64,000 nt of DNA from an uncultured Actinomycetes bacterium (GCA_963797015.1 CAWCNV010000011.1:4505-68504), one strand, 5' to 3'. Counted from the first letter of the stretch, positions 20,797-31,158 are shown. Numbers and translations are program-made. The notes: generated by a model not told the origin, from the letters alone.

Positions 20797-22197
20797 GTGT
20801 CTGCCCGCGCTCCCCAAGCCGGTCCCGTGTGCGTCATAGGCGCCGGGTCGTCCGGCATCTCGAGCTGTCAGGTCCTGCACGCACGGGGCATCCCGTTCGA
20901 CTGCTTCGAGAAGGGATCGACGGTCGGGGGCAACTGGCGCTATCGCAACGACAACCAGATGTCGGCGGCCTACCGCTCGCTGCACATCAACACGTCGCGC
21001 GACCTCATGGCCTACCGGACCTTCCCGATGCCGCCCGACTACCCGGACTACCCCAACCACTTCCAGATCGCCAAGTACTTCGACGACTACGTCGACCACT
21101 TCGGCTTCCGCGACCGGATCCAGTTCCAGACCGAGGTCCAGCGCGTCGAGCCGTCGGGCGACGGCGGCTGGAGCGTGACGGTGCGCGACGGGCAGGGCGA
21201 CGAGCGGACCGAGCGCTACCACGCCGTGATGGTCGCCAACGGCCATCACTGGAACCCGCGCTGGCCCGAGCCGCCCTACCCGGGCTCCGACAGCTTCGAG
21301 GGCGAGCAGATGCACGCGCACGCTTACGACACCCCCGACGTGGTCGAAGGCAAGCGCGTGCTCGTCCTGGGCATCGGCAACTCGGCCTGCGACATCGCGG
21401 TGGAGTCCTCGCGGATCGCCGACGCGACGTTCATGGCCATGCGCCGCGGCGCCCACGTGTTTCCCAAGTACCTGTTCGGCAAGCCGACCGACGAGACCAA
21501 CACGCCCGGGCTCACGCGCCTGCCGCTCTCGGTCCAGCGCTTCTTCTTCAAGCTCTCGCTGCGGACGGCGCAGGGGCCGATGACCGCCTACGGACTGCCC
21601 GAGCCCGACCACAAGATGCTCGAGGCGCACCCGACGATCTCCTCCGACCTGCTTCCGCGCCTGGGCCACGGCGACATCACGGTCAAGCCGAACATCGAGC
21701 GCTTCGAAGGCCGCGAGGTCGTGTTCGCCGACGGCAGCCGCGAGCAGATCGACCTCGTCGTCTACTGCACGGGCTACAAGATCACCTTCCCGTTCTTCGA
21801 CGAGTCGATCGCCGCCGCGCACGACAACCGCGTGAGGCTCTATCGCCGAGTGGTCCACCTCGACCATCCCAACCTGTTCTTCATCGGCCTCGTGCAGCCG
21901 CTGGGGGCGATCATGCCGCTGGCCGAGGCGCAGTCGGAGTGGATCGGCGACGTGCTCGAGGGCAAAGCGCGCCTGCCCTCGCCCGCGAAGATGCGCGAGG
22001 TCGTCGAGCGCGAGGACGAGCGCATGGCCGAGCGCTACGTCGCCTCCAAGCGCCACACGATCCAGGTCGACTTCTATCCCTACCTGCGCACCATCGAGCG
22101 CGAACGCCGGCGCGGCCGGCTGGCCGTCCTCACTGGGCCGCTGGCGAACCGCTCGCACGAGCTGCGGCTGGCACGCCCGCAGCGGGCGCAGGCCTGA
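20797..22197 (+). CDS. flavin-containing monooxygenase (FMO / class B)
   Basis: GTG start after AGAGGAGG. Contains VIGAGSSGIS (GxGxxG), the FMO motif FEGEQMHAHAY (FxGxxxHxxxY), and a second Rossmann motif VLGIGNSACD. Confidence 0.88.
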   Translation: MSARAPQAGPVCVIGAGSSGISSCQVLHARGIPFDCFEKGSTVGGNWRYRNDNQMSAAYRSLHINTSRDLMAYRTFPMPPDYPDYPNHFQIAKYFDDYVDHFGFRDRIQFQTEVQRVEPSGDGGWSVTVRDGQGDERTERYHAVMVANGHHWNPRWPEPPYPGSDSFEGEQMHAHAYDTPDVVEGKRVLVLGIGNSACDIAVESSRIADATFMAMRRGAHVFPKYLFGKPTDETNTPGLTRLPLSVQRFFFKLSLRTAQGPMTAYGLPEPDHKMLEAHPTISSDLLPRLGHGDITVKPNIERFEGREVVFADGSREQIDLVVYCTGYKITFPFFDESIAAAHDNRVRLYRRVVHLDHPNLFFIGLVQPLGAIMPLAEAQSEWIGDVLEGKARLPSPAKMREVVEREDERMAERYVASKRHTIQVDFYPYLRTIERERRRGRLAVLTGPLANRSHELRLARPQRAQA

Positions 22198-22219
22198 GCC
22201 TCTCGGCCCTCGCGGGGCG

Positions 22220-22489
22220 ATGACGGCCTTCGCCGACAGCGGCGGCTGGACGTGGCTGGCCGGCGGCTTCGGAGTGGCAGAGGCGCCGCGGCCCGATGGG
22301 GCCGGGGGCGCGTGGTTCAGCGACCTGGCCGGCGGCGTGTTCGATGTCCCGGCCGCGTTCGCGTCGAGCGTCGCCTTCGACGGCGAGGATCTGCTCTGCA
22401 CGGTCGGCGCCGGGCACGGCGACCGCGGCGGCGGCCTGCTGCGGGCCAGCGTGGGCGTTCGGGGAGCGCCGGCGCCGGCGTCGGTGTAA
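22220..22489 (+). pseudogene. possible internally deleted remnant of an SMP-30/gluconolactonase/LRE-like gene
   Basis: The first half of this 89-aa ORF (LAGGFGVAEAPRPDGAGGAWFSDLAGGVF) resembles the family N-terminus (EGP.W..dg.L.fSDi..g). The second half (VAFDGEDLLCTVGAG...GGLLRASVGVRGAP) resembles the family C-terminus. About 200 aa of propeller are missing between them. Confidence 0.35.
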
Positions 22490-22507
22490 GCACGCGCCGG
22501 GACGCGG

Positions 22508-23074
22508 TCAGGCGGCTGGGAAGCGCGCCGCCCAGTCCTCGCGCTGCACGCCGGCGGCGCCGATCACGAAGGCGATCGTGTGGTACCAGCCGGCGGTGAT
22601 CACGAGCTCGAGGATCTGGTCGGGCGCGAAGTGATCGGTCAGCGCCGCGAAGAGCTCGTCGGAGACGCGGCTGGTCGCGTGCAGCTCGTCGGCGAGTCGG
22701 AAGACCAGCGCCTCCTCCTCGGACCACACCGGGTCCTCGGCCGACCCGGCGGCCGTCGAGGCCAGCTGCTCGTCGCTGAAGCCGAGCGGCTTGCCGAAGG
22801 CGACCGCGTGCACGCCCCACTCGTACTCGGCGCCGCACAGCGCGCACGTCCGGTGGATCATCACCTCGCGCAGACGCGGCTCGACGCGGCCGTGGCCGAG
22901 GATGCCCGCGCCCAGCGGTCGCATCCGTGACGCCAGCTCGTCGTGGACGCCGAGCGTGCGGAACAGCTTGAGCGGCTCCATCCCGCTCCCGGGCGGCATC
23001 CACTTCTGCAGCATCGCCTCGAGCTCGGGCTCATAGGGCGGCTCGACGGGCGGGATGCGCGGGCCGTCGGTCAC
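22508..23074 (-). CDS. carboxymuconolactone decarboxylase (AhpD-like) family protein
   Basis: 188 aa from GTG at 23074 (VTDGPRIPPVEPP). CMD-like core IHRTCALCGAEYEWGVH (CxxC...H). The longer track ORF extension is Arg/Pro-rich and implausible. Confidence 0.75.
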   Translation of the reverse strand: MTDGPRIPPVEPPYEPELEAMLQKWMPPGSGMEPLKLFRTLGVHDELASRMRPLGAGILGHGRVEPRLREVMIHRTCALCGAEYEWGVHAVAFGKPLGFSDEQLASTAAGSAEDPVWSEEEALVFRLADELHATSRVSDELFAALTDHFAPDQILELVITAGWYHTIAFVIGAAGVQREDWAARFPAA

Positions 23075-23134
23075 GAGCGCGAGCGTACCCGGTCCGTCGA
23101 GCAAGCAGCCTTGCCCGTGCCGCGCGCGCGGAGT

Positions 23135-24124
23135 ATGGTCGCGGCCATGGCCCGCTCGCCCGTCAGGCCGGTCGCAGGCCGCGTGGTCGCCGTGACAGGC
23201 GCGGCGCGCGGGATCGGCGCGGCGATCGCGCAGGCGCTGGCGGAGAAGGGTGCGCGCGTGGCGCTCGGCGACCTCGAGGCCGAGCTCGCCGAGCGGACGG
23301 CGGCGCGCATCGGCCACGACGCCGTCGGGCTCGGCGTCGACGTCACCGACAGCGCCTCGTTCGGGGCCTTCCTCGAGGAGCTGCAGCGGCGGCTCGGGCC
23401 TCTCGACGTGCTGGTCAACAACGCCGGCGTGATGTGGGTGGGTGCCTTCGAGCAGGAGCCCGAGGACGCGGCGCTGCGCCAGTTCGACGTGAACTTCCAC
23501 GGGGTCGTCCGCGGCATGAAGCTCGCGATCCCGGGCATGCGCCGGCGCGGGGGCGGGCACGTGGTCAACGTCGCGTCGGCGGCCAGCAAGCTCCCGCCCG
23601 CGGGCGAGGCGTCCTACGCGGCGACCAAGCACGCGGTCTACGGCTATTCCAAGGCCGTGCGCCAGGAGCTGCGGGGGACCGGCGTCGAGCTCAGCGTCGT
23701 GATGCCGGTGGTGGTCGAGACGGAGCTCGCCGCCGGGACCAGCCAGGGTCGGGCGAAGCGGCTGCAGCCGGAGGAGGTCGCCGAGGCGGTGGTCGGCGCG
23801 CTCGAGCGCCCGCGCTTCGACGTCTTCGTCCCGCGCTCGATCGCCGGCTGGTCGCGCGTGATGGAGGTCCTGCCCCAGCCCGGCCGCGACCTGCTCTACC
23901 GCACGATGATGCCCGACCAGGTCTCAGAGACCGACCAGGACGCGCGCGAGGCGTACGAGCAGCGCGCGGTCAAGGGGCCGGTGGACGGGCGGGGGAGCGG
24001 CCCGGTGGCTCCGGCGGACGCGCCGGGAAGCGGCCCGGCGGACGGGGGCCGGACCGGGTCCGCGGTGGAGCGCGAGCAGCCGCCGGCCGGCGACCCCGAG
24101 CCGGACCTGCCCCCGGCAGCGTGA
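23135..24124 (+). CDS. short-chain dehydrogenase/reductase with a Pro/Gly-rich C-terminal tail
   Basis: Contains VVAVTGAARGIG, NNAGV, YAATKHA. The start is ATG 23135 or 23147. Paralog of the SDR at 16084..16938. Confidence 0.85.
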   Translation: MVAAMARSPVRPVAGRVVAVTGAARGIGAAIAQALAEKGARVALGDLEAELAERTAARIGHDAVGLGVDVTDSASFGAFLEELQRRLGPLDVLVNNAGVMWVGAFEQEPEDAALRQFDVNFHGVVRGMKLAIPGMRRRGGGHVVNVASAASKLPPAGEASYAATKHAVYGYSKAVRQELRGTGVELSVVMPVVVETELAAGTSQGRAKRLQPEEVAEAVVGALERPRFDVFVPRSIAGWSRVMEVLPQPGRDLLYRTMMPDQVSETDQDAREAYEQRAVKGPVDGRGSGPVAPADAPGSGPADGGRTGSAVEREQPPAGDPEPDLPPAA

Positions 24125-25119
24125 GCGCAGGGGCAGGCGGGGCCTCCGCGCAGACGCCGCGCTCGGTCTTTATCACCGGCGCGCGCGGCTTCATCGGCGC
24201 GACGCTGGCCGAGCGCTACCGCGGCGAGGGAGTCGAGGTACGGGGAGTCGACGTCGCGGCCGACCCCGGGCGCGGCGTGGTCGCGGGCGACGTCTCGGAG
24301 CCGGGCGACTGGCAGCGCCACGCCGAGGGTTGCGAGGTGTTCTTCCACACCGCGGCGCTGATCACCTTCGCGCCCGCGCTCGACCGCTTCTGGCGCGTCA
24401 ACACGCTTGGCACGCGTCGGGCGCTCGACGCCGCGATGGCCGCCGGCGCGCGGCGCTTCGTGCACTTCTCCTCGATCACGGTCTTCGGCTTTCAATACCC
24501 GGACGGCGTCGAGGAGAGCCACCCGGTCAGGCTCACCGGCGTCCCCTACGTCGACACGAAGATCGCCAGCGAGCAGGTCGTGCTCCAGGCCCAGGCCGCG
24601 GGCGAGCTCGAATGCACGATCGTGCGCCCGGGGGACGTCTACGGGCCAGGATCGCAGCCGTGGACGCGGCTGCCCGTCGAGGAGCTGCGCCGCGGTCGGC
24701 TGATGCTGCCGGCGGGCGGTCGCGGCGAGATCAGCCCGGCCTACGTGGACAACCTCGTCGACGGCGTGGCGCTCGCCGCGGCGTCGCCCGAGGCCGCCGG
24801 CCAGGTGATCACGATCACCGACGGGCGCGCGGTCCAGACGCGCGAGTTCTTCGGTTATTACGCGCGCCTGCTGGGGAAACAGCGGGCGCCCACCGCGCCT
24901 ACGCGGGTGGTGAAGGCGCTTGCGGGGACGATCGCGCTCGCCGGCCGCGTCCGCGGCGTGGAGGTCGAGGTCAACCCCCGCGCGGTCGACTACATCGCGC
25001 GACGGGGCACCTACTCGATCGCCAAGGCCCGCCGCCTGCTCGGCTACGAGCCGCGCGTCTCGCTGGAGGAGGGCATGGCGCGCACCGAGCGCTGGCTGCG
25101 CGAGGAGGGGTTGGTGTGA
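24121..25119 (+). CDS. NAD-dependent epimerase/dehydratase family protein
   Basis: GTG at 24121 forms a GTGA overlap with the SDR stop. Contains VFITGARGFIGATL (GxxGxxG) and YVDTK (YxxxK). Confidence 0.85.
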   Translation: MSAGAGGASAQTPRSVFITGARGFIGATLAERYRGEGVEVRGVDVAADPGRGVVAGDVSEPGDWQRHAEGCEVFFHTAALITFAPALDRFWRVNTLGTRRALDAAMAAGARRFVHFSSITVFGFQYPDGVEESHPVRLTGVPYVDTKIASEQVVLQAQAAGELECTIVRPGDVYGPGSQPWTRLPVEELRRGRLMLPAGGRGEISPAYVDNLVDGVALAAASPEAAGQVITITDGRAVQTREFFGYYARLLGKQRAPTAPTRVVKALAGTIALAGRVRGVEVEVNPRAVDYIARRGTYSIAKARRLLGYEPRVSLEEGMARTERWLREEGLV

Positions 25120-27608
25120 GGGGAAGCCGCCCGGCATCGCTCGGCGAGCGGCCCGCCGCCGGCCAACTCGCGCTTGCCATCGTCGTCGCGCTCTTCGTCG
25201 CAGGCCCCGCCCCCGGCGCGGCCGCTCGGGCTCCCGACCCCGTGCGCGCGGTCAACGTCTTCAGCGGCACCGACACGACGCTTCCCGACGTCGGCACCGG
25301 CGGCGGCGCCGCCAACGCCTTCCCCGGCGCCTCGGCTCCCTTCGGGATGCTCCAGTGGAGCCCCGACTCGGTTCCGGCCAAGACCAACGTTCCCGGCGGC
25401 TACGCCTACCGCGACCGGCGCACGCGCGGCTTCAGCCTCACCCACGCCGAGGGCGTCGGCTGCCCGATCTACCAGGACGTCCCGATCCTGCCCACGACGC
25501 AAGCCGTCACACGGTCGCCGGCGCTGCGCGGCTCCTATGACGTCGACCCCTATTACCTCGCGTCCTACACCCATCGCGAGGAGAGCGGGGCGCCCGGGTC
25601 CTACGCGGTGCGCCTGAATCCTGGGACCGCGCGGCCGATCGACGTCGCGCTGACCGCGGGTACGCGCGCCGGCCTGGGCCGCTTCCGCTTCCCCGCGACG
25701 CGCCGCGCGACGCTGCTCTTCAACACCGGCGGCAGCGCCACGGCCGACTTCGCCTCGACCGCCCGCGTCGACCCGGCCCGCCGCGAGATCTCGGGTTCCT
25801 CGACGAGCGGGCGCTTCTGCCTCCAGCGCGGCCGGTACACGGTCTACTTCGTCGCCCGCTTCGACCGCCCGTTGCGTGCCTACGGGACGTGGCGGCGCCA
25901 GGCCGTCTCGCCCCGCTCCACCACGACCAGCGACGTGTCGCCCAACGCGGCCTCGGTGCGCGGCCTGCCCGGCGTGCCGGCCCAGCCCGGCAACCCGAGC
26001 ACGACCTCGCAGGCCGGCGCCTACGCGACGTTCGACGCCCGCCGCGCGCGCGACGTGCACGTCCAGGTCGCGCTCTCGTTCGTGAGCGTCGCCGACGCGC
26101 GCCGGAACCTGCGCGCCGAGCGGCCGGGATGGGACCTCGCGGCGGCCCGCGCCCGGGCGCGGGCCGCGTGGGAAAGCGCGCTCGGACGCGCGCGGGTCGC
26201 CGGCGGGCGCGGCGAGGACGTGCGCACCTTCTACACGATGCTCTACCACGCGCTGCTGGGGCCGCGCACGTTCAGCGACGCCTCGGGCCGCTACCGCGGC
26301 ATGGACGGCCGTGTGCAACGCGCGCGCGGCTTCACGAAGTACGCCGACTTCTCGGGCTGGGACGTCTACCGCAGCCAGATGCAGCTGCTGGCGATCCTGT
26401 TCCCGCGTCGCATGAGCGACGTCGTCCGCTCGTTCCTCGCCGACGCGCGCCAGAGCGGCTGGCTGCCGAAGTGGTCCTACGCCAACGTCCAGAACGACGT
26501 GCAGGTCGGCGATCCCGCCGACGCGGTGATCGCCTCGGCCTACGCCTTCGGCGCGCGCCGCTTCGACGCTCGTGCGGCGCTGCGGGCGATGGTCAAGGGC
26601 GCCACGAAGTCGGGCAAGAGCCCGAACGCCGAGTATGTCGAGCGCCAGGGACTCGCCGCCTATCTGCGCCTCGGCTACGTGCCCCAGGATCTCAACGCCG
26701 GCGACGCGCTGACCGGCGGCGCGACGACCGTCGTGGACACGGACAACGTCTGGGGCGCGGCGGCCACGACGCTCGAGTACACGACCGCGGACTTCGCGAT
26801 CGCGCGCCTGGCCGGCTCGCTGTGCGACACGTCCGTGTACGGGACGTTCATGCGCCGCTCGGGCAACTGGCGCACGCTCTTCAACCCCGCCACGGGCTAC
26901 GTGGAGCCGCGCTTCGCCGACGGCCGCCGGGTGCCCGGCTACGACCCGACGAGCGGCTCCTCGTTCGTGGAGGGCAACGCCGCCCAGTACACGTGGATGG
27001 TCCCCTACGACCTGGCGGGCCTGTTCGCGCGCATGGGCGGTCGTGCCGTCGCCGCACGAATCCTCGACCGCTTCTTCACGCGCCTCAACGAGGGCCCGTT
27101 CTCGCCCTACGCCTTCCTGGGCAACGAGCCGACGCTCGAGACGCCTTGGGAGTACGACTGGCTCGGGCGCCCGTACCGCACGCAGGAGGTCGTGCGCCGC
27201 GCGCTGCTCGAGCTCTACGACCCCTCGCCGACGGGCTATCCGGGCAACGACGACATCGGCGAGATGTCCTCGTGGTGGGTCTTCGGGGCGCTCGGGCTCT
27301 ACCCGCAGATCCCAGGCGAGGACGTGCTCGCCGTCGGCAGCCCGCTGTTCCGCGAGGCGGCCGTGCGCCTTGGCGGTGGCGGCGTCCTGAGGATCTCCGC
27401 GCCGCGCGCCGCCCGCCGCGCGCCCTACGTCCGCGGCCTGACGGTCGACGGCCGCGCGACCGAGCGGCCGTGGCTGCGCTTCCGCCGCCTCGCCCGCGGA
27501 GCGCGTCTGCGCTTCGCGCTCTCGACACGCCCCGACCGCGCGTGGGGAAGCGGCCCCACCGAAGCGCCGCCCTCGTATTCCCCCACCCGCGCGACGCGCT
27601 GCCGGTAG
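25116..27608 (+). CDS. secreted glycoside hydrolase family 92-like (alpha-mannosidase-like)
   Basis: GTG at 25116 forms a GTGA overlap with the epimerase stop. Signal-like QLALAIVVALFVAGPAPGAAA. GH92-like blocks: NAFPGASAPFGMLQWSPD, GFSLTHAEGVGC, WDVYRSQMQLL, EGNAAQYTWMVPYD. Confidence 0.78.
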   Translation: MRGSRPASLGERPAAGQLALAIVVALFVAGPAPGAAARAPDPVRAVNVFSGTDTTLPDVGTGGGAANAFPGASAPFGMLQWSPDSVPAKTNVPGGYAYRDRRTRGFSLTHAEGVGCPIYQDVPILPTTQAVTRSPALRGSYDVDPYYLASYTHREESGAPGSYAVRLNPGTARPIDVALTAGTRAGLGRFRFPATRRATLLFNTGGSATADFASTARVDPARREISGSSTSGRFCLQRGRYTVYFVARFDRPLRAYGTWRRQAVSPRSTTTSDVSPNAASVRGLPGVPAQPGNPSTTSQAGAYATFDARRARDVHVQVALSFVSVADARRNLRAERPGWDLAAARARARAAWESALGRARVAGGRGEDVRTFYTMLYHALLGPRTFSDASGRYRGMDGRVQRARGFTKYADFSGWDVYRSQMQLLAILFPRRMSDVVRSFLADARQSGWLPKWSYANVQNDVQVGDPADAVIASAYAFGARRFDARAALRAMVKGATKSGKSPNAEYVERQGLAAYLRLGYVPQDLNAGDALTGGATTVVDTDNVWGAAATTLEYTTADFAIARLAGSLCDTSVYGTFMRRSGNWRTLFNPATGYVEPRFADGRRVPGYDPTSGSSFVEGNAAQYTWMVPYDLAGLFARMGGRAVAARILDRFFTRLNEGPFSPYAFLGNEPTLETPWEYDWLGRPYRTQEVVRRALLELYDPSPTGYPGNDDIGEMSSWWVFGALGLYPQIPGEDVLAVGSPLFREAAVRLGGGGVLRISAPRAARRAPYVRGLTVDGRATERPWLRFRRLARGARLRFALSTRPDRAWGSGPTEAPPSYSPTRATRCR

Positions 27609-27619
27609 TGTCGGTCTCG

Positions 27620-28903
27620 ATGTCGCTCGTCACAGAGCTCGAGCTTCCGTTCCTCGACTACACCGACCCCGAGCTGCGCGGCGAGCGCTTCCACGACACG
27701 GTCCTCGCCCTGCGCGAGCGTGGCTGGCTCGCCGACTCGCCGCTGGCGACGCTCGTGCTCGATCGCGAGGCGGCCGCGTTCTTCCTGCGCACGCGCAGCG
27801 CGACGTTCCCGGGGAAGAAGATCGCCGAGCTGTTCGGGATCGAGGACGGCCCGCTGCGCGAGGAGATCGACCGCAACATCCTGCACATCAACGGCGCCGA
27901 CCACCGCCGGCTGCGCAACCTCGTCAACCCCGCGTTCACCCCGCGCGCCGCCGACCGCTGGCGCCCGGCCATGCGCGGCTTTCTGGCCGAGCTGTGGGAG
28001 CCGCTGGCGGCGACGGGACGGTGCGAGGTCGTCGAGCAGCTGGCCAAGCCCTACCCGGCGCTCACGATCGCCACAGTGATGGGCGCGCCGCGCTCGGACG
28101 CCGGCCGGCTGGCCGAGTGGTCGAACTGGATCCAGCGCCAGTTCGACGGTCCGAGCCTGGTCAACGACCGCGCGCGGATCGAGCGAGCGGTGGAGGAGTT
28201 CTACGAATGGGCCGGCGAGCTGCTCGCGCGCCGCCGCGAGGAGCCCGCCGACGACCTCGTATCGACGCTGATCGCGGCCGAGCAGGAGGGCGACCGCCTG
28301 TCGGACGTCGAGCTGGTCAACCTCGTGCTCAACGTGCTGGTCGGCGGGGTGGACACCACCCAGAGCCAGCTCGCGCACGCGCTCGCGCTGTTCGCCCGCC
28401 ATCCCGACCAGTGGGCGCTGCTGGCCGAGCGCCCCGAGCTCGTGCCTCAGGCGGTCGAGGAGGTGCTGCGCTTCGAGCCGATCACCCCGTTCACGGCGCG
28501 GATCATGCTCGAGGACGTCGAATACCGGGAGGTGACCTTCCCGCGCGACGCGGTCGTGATGGTCTGCGCCTTCACGGCCAACCGCGATCCCGAGAGCATC
28601 GCCGATCCCGGCACGTTCGACATCACCGCCGACCGGGGGGCGGAGAAGCCGCTGACCTTCGGCGCCGGCATCCACTACTGCCTGGGCGCGAATCTGGCAC
28701 GCGCGGAGCTGCAGGAGGCGCTCGCGTTCCTGGCGCCGCGCATGCCGGGCCTGACGCTCGACGGCGAGCCCGAGTACGGGTCGATCACGGGCATCTACGG
28801 CCTCGACGCGCTGCCCGTACGCTTCGAGCAGGCAGCGAGCCCGTCGCCCGAGCGACGATTGAGCCTTTCCCGCGACGGGAAACCCAACCCAGATGGCCAC
28901 TGA
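27620..28903 (+). CDS. cytochrome P450
   Basis: 427 aa. Heme loop [15 protein letters not shown]-helix [11 protein letters not shown], and EVLRF (ExxR). An alternative in-frame GTG lies at 27608. The 3' end overlaps the sigma-factor start by 11 nt. Confidence 0.9.
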   Translation: MSLVTELELPFLDYTDPELRGERFHDTVLALRERGWLADSPLATLVLDREAAAFFLRTRSATFPGKKIAELFGIEDGPLREEIDRNILHINGADHRRLRNLVNPAFTPRAADRWRPAMRGFLAELWEPLAATGRCEVVEQLAKPYPALTIATVMGAPRSDAGRLAEWSNWIQRQFDGPSLVNDRARIERAVEEFYEWAGELLARRREEPADDLVSTLIAAEQEGDRLSDVELVNLVLNVLVGGVDTTQSQLAHALALFARHPDQWALLAERPELVPQAVEEVLRFEPITPFTARIMLEDVEYREVTFPRDAVVMVCAFTANRDPESIADPGTFDITADRGAEKPLTFGAGIHYCLGANLARAELQEALAFLAPRMPGLTLDGEPEYGSITGIYGLDALPVRFEQAASPSPERRLSLSRDGKPNPDGH

Positions 28904-29957
28904 AACGTTGATCGAGCACGCCGAGGTCGCCGGCCTGCTGGCGCGCGGCGAGGAGAAGGGCTCCCTCACCGAGTCACAGCTCGAAGCCGTGGCGCGCGAC
29001 CTCGACCTGTCCGACGACGACCTGGGCTCGCTCCGCGACCTGGTCGAGAGCCGGGGCCTGGAGATCACCGACGACTGCGGGCGCGCCGACGCCCCGGAAG
29101 CCCACTTCACCAACGCCGAGCTGGCCACCCACACCACCGATGCGCTGCAGCTGTTCCTCAACGAGGCCGGCCGCTACCCGCTGCTCCAGCCCGAGGAGGA
29201 GCTCGAGCTGGCCAAGGCCATCGAGCGCGGCGACCTGGCGGCCAAGGACAAGCTGATCAACTCCAATCTCCGCCTCGTGGTGTCCATAGCGCGCCGTTAC
29301 CAGGGCGTGGGCGAGCTCTGCCTGCTCGACCTCATCCAGGAGGGCGTGCTCGGGCTGATCCGGGCCGTCGAGAAGTTCGACTGGCGCCGCGGCTTTCGCT
29401 TCTCGACCTACGCCACGCTGTGGATCCGCCAGGCGATCCAGCGCGGGCTCGCCGACCGCGGCCGCTCGATCCGGCTCCCGACCAACATCGCCCAGCGCGA
29501 GCGGCGGATCGCCACCGCCGCGCGGCGCCTGGCCAGCCAGCTCGGCCGCGAGCCGACGCTCGAGGAGGTCGCCAAGGGCGCCGAGCTGCCGCTCGCCCAG
29601 GTGGCCGAGCTGCAGGACGTGGCGCGCACGGTCACGAGCCTCGACCGCCCGGTGGGGGACGGCGAGGAGACCGGGCTCGGCGAGCTCCTGCCCTCGCAGG
29701 GGCCGGCGGTCGAGGAGCAGGTCAACGTGTCGTTGACCGAGGAGGCCGTGCGCCGCTCGGTCGGCCAGCTCCCCGAGCGCGAGCGCGAGGTCATCCAGCT
29801 GCGCTTCGGCCTCGACGGCGACAAGGAGCCGCTGCCGATGTCCCAGGTCGGCCGGCGCCTGGGGATCAGCGCCGAGCGCGTCCGCCAGATCGAGCGCAAG
29901 GCGCTGTCCGAGCTGGCGATGCGCCGCGAGCTCGCCGCGCTGTCCGACGCGGCCTGA
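28893..29957 (+). CDS. RNA polymerase sigma factor, RpoD/sigma-70 family (group 1/2-like, with region 1.1)
   Basis: 354 aa. Region 1.2 [16 protein letters not shown]. Region 2 [12 protein letters not shown]...[34 protein letters not shown]. Region 4 [12 protein letters not shown]...[16 protein letters not shown]. Confidence 0.92.
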   Translation: MATETLIEHAEVAGLLARGEEKGSLTESQLEAVARDLDLSDDDLGSLRDLVESRGLEITDDCGRADAPEAHFTNAELATHTTDALQLFLNEAGRYPLLQPEEELELAKAIERGDLAAKDKLINSNLRLVVSIARRYQGVGELCLLDLIQEGVLGLIRAVEKFDWRRGFRFSTYATLWIRQAIQRGLADRGRSIRLPTNIAQRERRIATAARRLASQLGREPTLEEVAKGAELPLAQVAELQDVARTVTSLDRPVGDGEETGLGELLPSQGPAVEEQVNVSLTEEAVRRSVGQLPEREREVIQLRFGLDGDKEPLPMSQVGRRLGISAERVRQIERKALSELAMRRELAALSDAA

Positions 29958-29963
29958 GCGGGC

Positions 29964-31055
29964 TCAGCCCAGCACCAGCTCCGCGGCGTTGCGCACCATC
30001 GCCGCGTCGCCGCCGATCAGGATCGTCGTGACGATCGACTCGCGCCAGGCCTCGAGGTCGTGGCGGATCTTGTCGGGCGGCCCGATCAGCGTCAGCTGCT
30101 CGATCAGCTCGGTGGGGACGGCCGCCGCCGCCTCGTCCTTCTTGCCGTCGAGGTAGAGGTCGGTGATGCGCATGGCCTCCTCCTCGTAGCCCAGGCGCAC
30201 CGCGACATCGCGGTGGAAGTTGCGCTCGCGCGCGCCCATGCCGCCGAAGTAGAGCGCGTACATCGGCCGCAGCATGTCGGCGCAGCGCTCGACGTCGTCG
30301 CCGGGGATCACCGGCACGGTGGCGACGACCTCGAAGTCGTCGAGCGAGGAGTGGCGCGCTCCCTCGCGCGCGAGGCCCTCCTGGAGGGCGTCGCGGTAGA
30401 AGTCCTGCTGGTGCGGTGAGAAGAACAGCGCCAGCCAGCCGTCGCACAGCTCGCCGGCGAGCGCGACGTTCTTGGGCCCCTCGGCCCCGAGGAAGATCGG
30501 GATGTCGTTGCGGAGCGGGTGCACGGTCGGCTTGAGCGGCTTGCCCAGCCCGGTGGGCGCAGGCCGCCCGCGGGCCGGCCCCGAGCCGCCCCCTTCGCCG
30601 GCATCCCCGCGATACGGCAGCTCGTAGTGGGGCCCCTCGCTGGTGACGGGCCCCTCGCGCGCGAAGACATCGCGGACGATCCCGATGTACTCACGCGTTC
30701 GCGCGAGCGGCTTGGCGAACGGCATCCCGTACCAGCCCTCGACAACCTGCGGCCCGGATACGCCGAGGCCGAGGATGAAGCGGCCGCCCGACATGTGGTC
30801 CATGGTCAAAGCGGCCATCGCCGCCGCGGCGGGCTGGCGCGCCGAGAGCTGCATGATCGCCGTGCCAAGGCGCACGCGCTCGGTCCGCGCGCCCCACCAG
30901 GCCAGCGGGGTCAGGGCATCAGACCCATACGCCTCGGCGGTCCAGATCGAGTCGAAGCCGAGCCGGTCGGCCTCGAGCACCGCTTCCTGTGCGCCGGGCG
31001 GCGGCCCCGCGCTCCAGTAGCCGGTGTTGTAACCCAGCTTGAGGTCGCCCGCCAT
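29964..31055 (-). CDS. LLM-class (luciferase-like) F420-dependent oxidoreductase
   Basis: 363 aa. Contains LGFDSIWTAEAYGSDALTPLAW, GGRFILGLGVSGPQVVEGWYG, GLGKPLK. Carries a Gly/Pro-rich insert (GDAGEGGGSGPARGRPAP). Confidence 0.82.
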   Translation of the reverse strand: MAGDLKLGYNTGYWSAGPPPGAQEAVLEADRLGFDSIWTAEAYGSDALTPLAWWGARTERVRLGTAIMQLSARQPAAAAMAALTMDHMSGGRFILGLGVSGPQVVEGWYGMPFAKPLARTREYIGIVRDVFAREGPVTSEGPHYELPYRGDAGEGGGSGPARGRPAPTGLGKPLKPTVHPLRNDIPIFLGAEGPKNVALAGELCDGWLALFFSPHQQDFYRDALQEGLAREGARHSSLDDFEVVATVPVIPGDDVERCADMLRPMYALYFGGMGARERNFHRDVAVRLGYEEEAMRITDLYLDGKKDEAAAAVPTELIEQLTLIGPPDKIRHDLEAWRESIVTTILIGGDAAMVRNAAELVLG

Positions 31056-31158
31056 GTCGGCGGCAGCCTAACCGGGCCTGCGCGGCGGCGGGCGCTCGGT
31101 CGCCCGCCGCCGCGGCGTGGCCTTCCTTCGGTCGCCGCTCGTCGCGGCGATCAAAGCC

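Noticed and set aside
29954-29967. Perfect palindrome CTGAGC-GG-GCTCAG containing both convergent stop codons (sigma factor / LLM oxidoreductase) as a bidirectional terminator
   Set aside because: The stem is only 5-6 bp with a 2-4-nt loop and no U-tract. That is too weak to call a terminator.
30560-30620. Gly/Pro-rich insert (GDAGEGGGSGPARGRPAP) in the LLM oxidoreductase as a functional novelty
   Set aside because: It is probably a low-complexity surface-loop expansion, common in high-GC proteins. It cannot be evaluated without an alignment.
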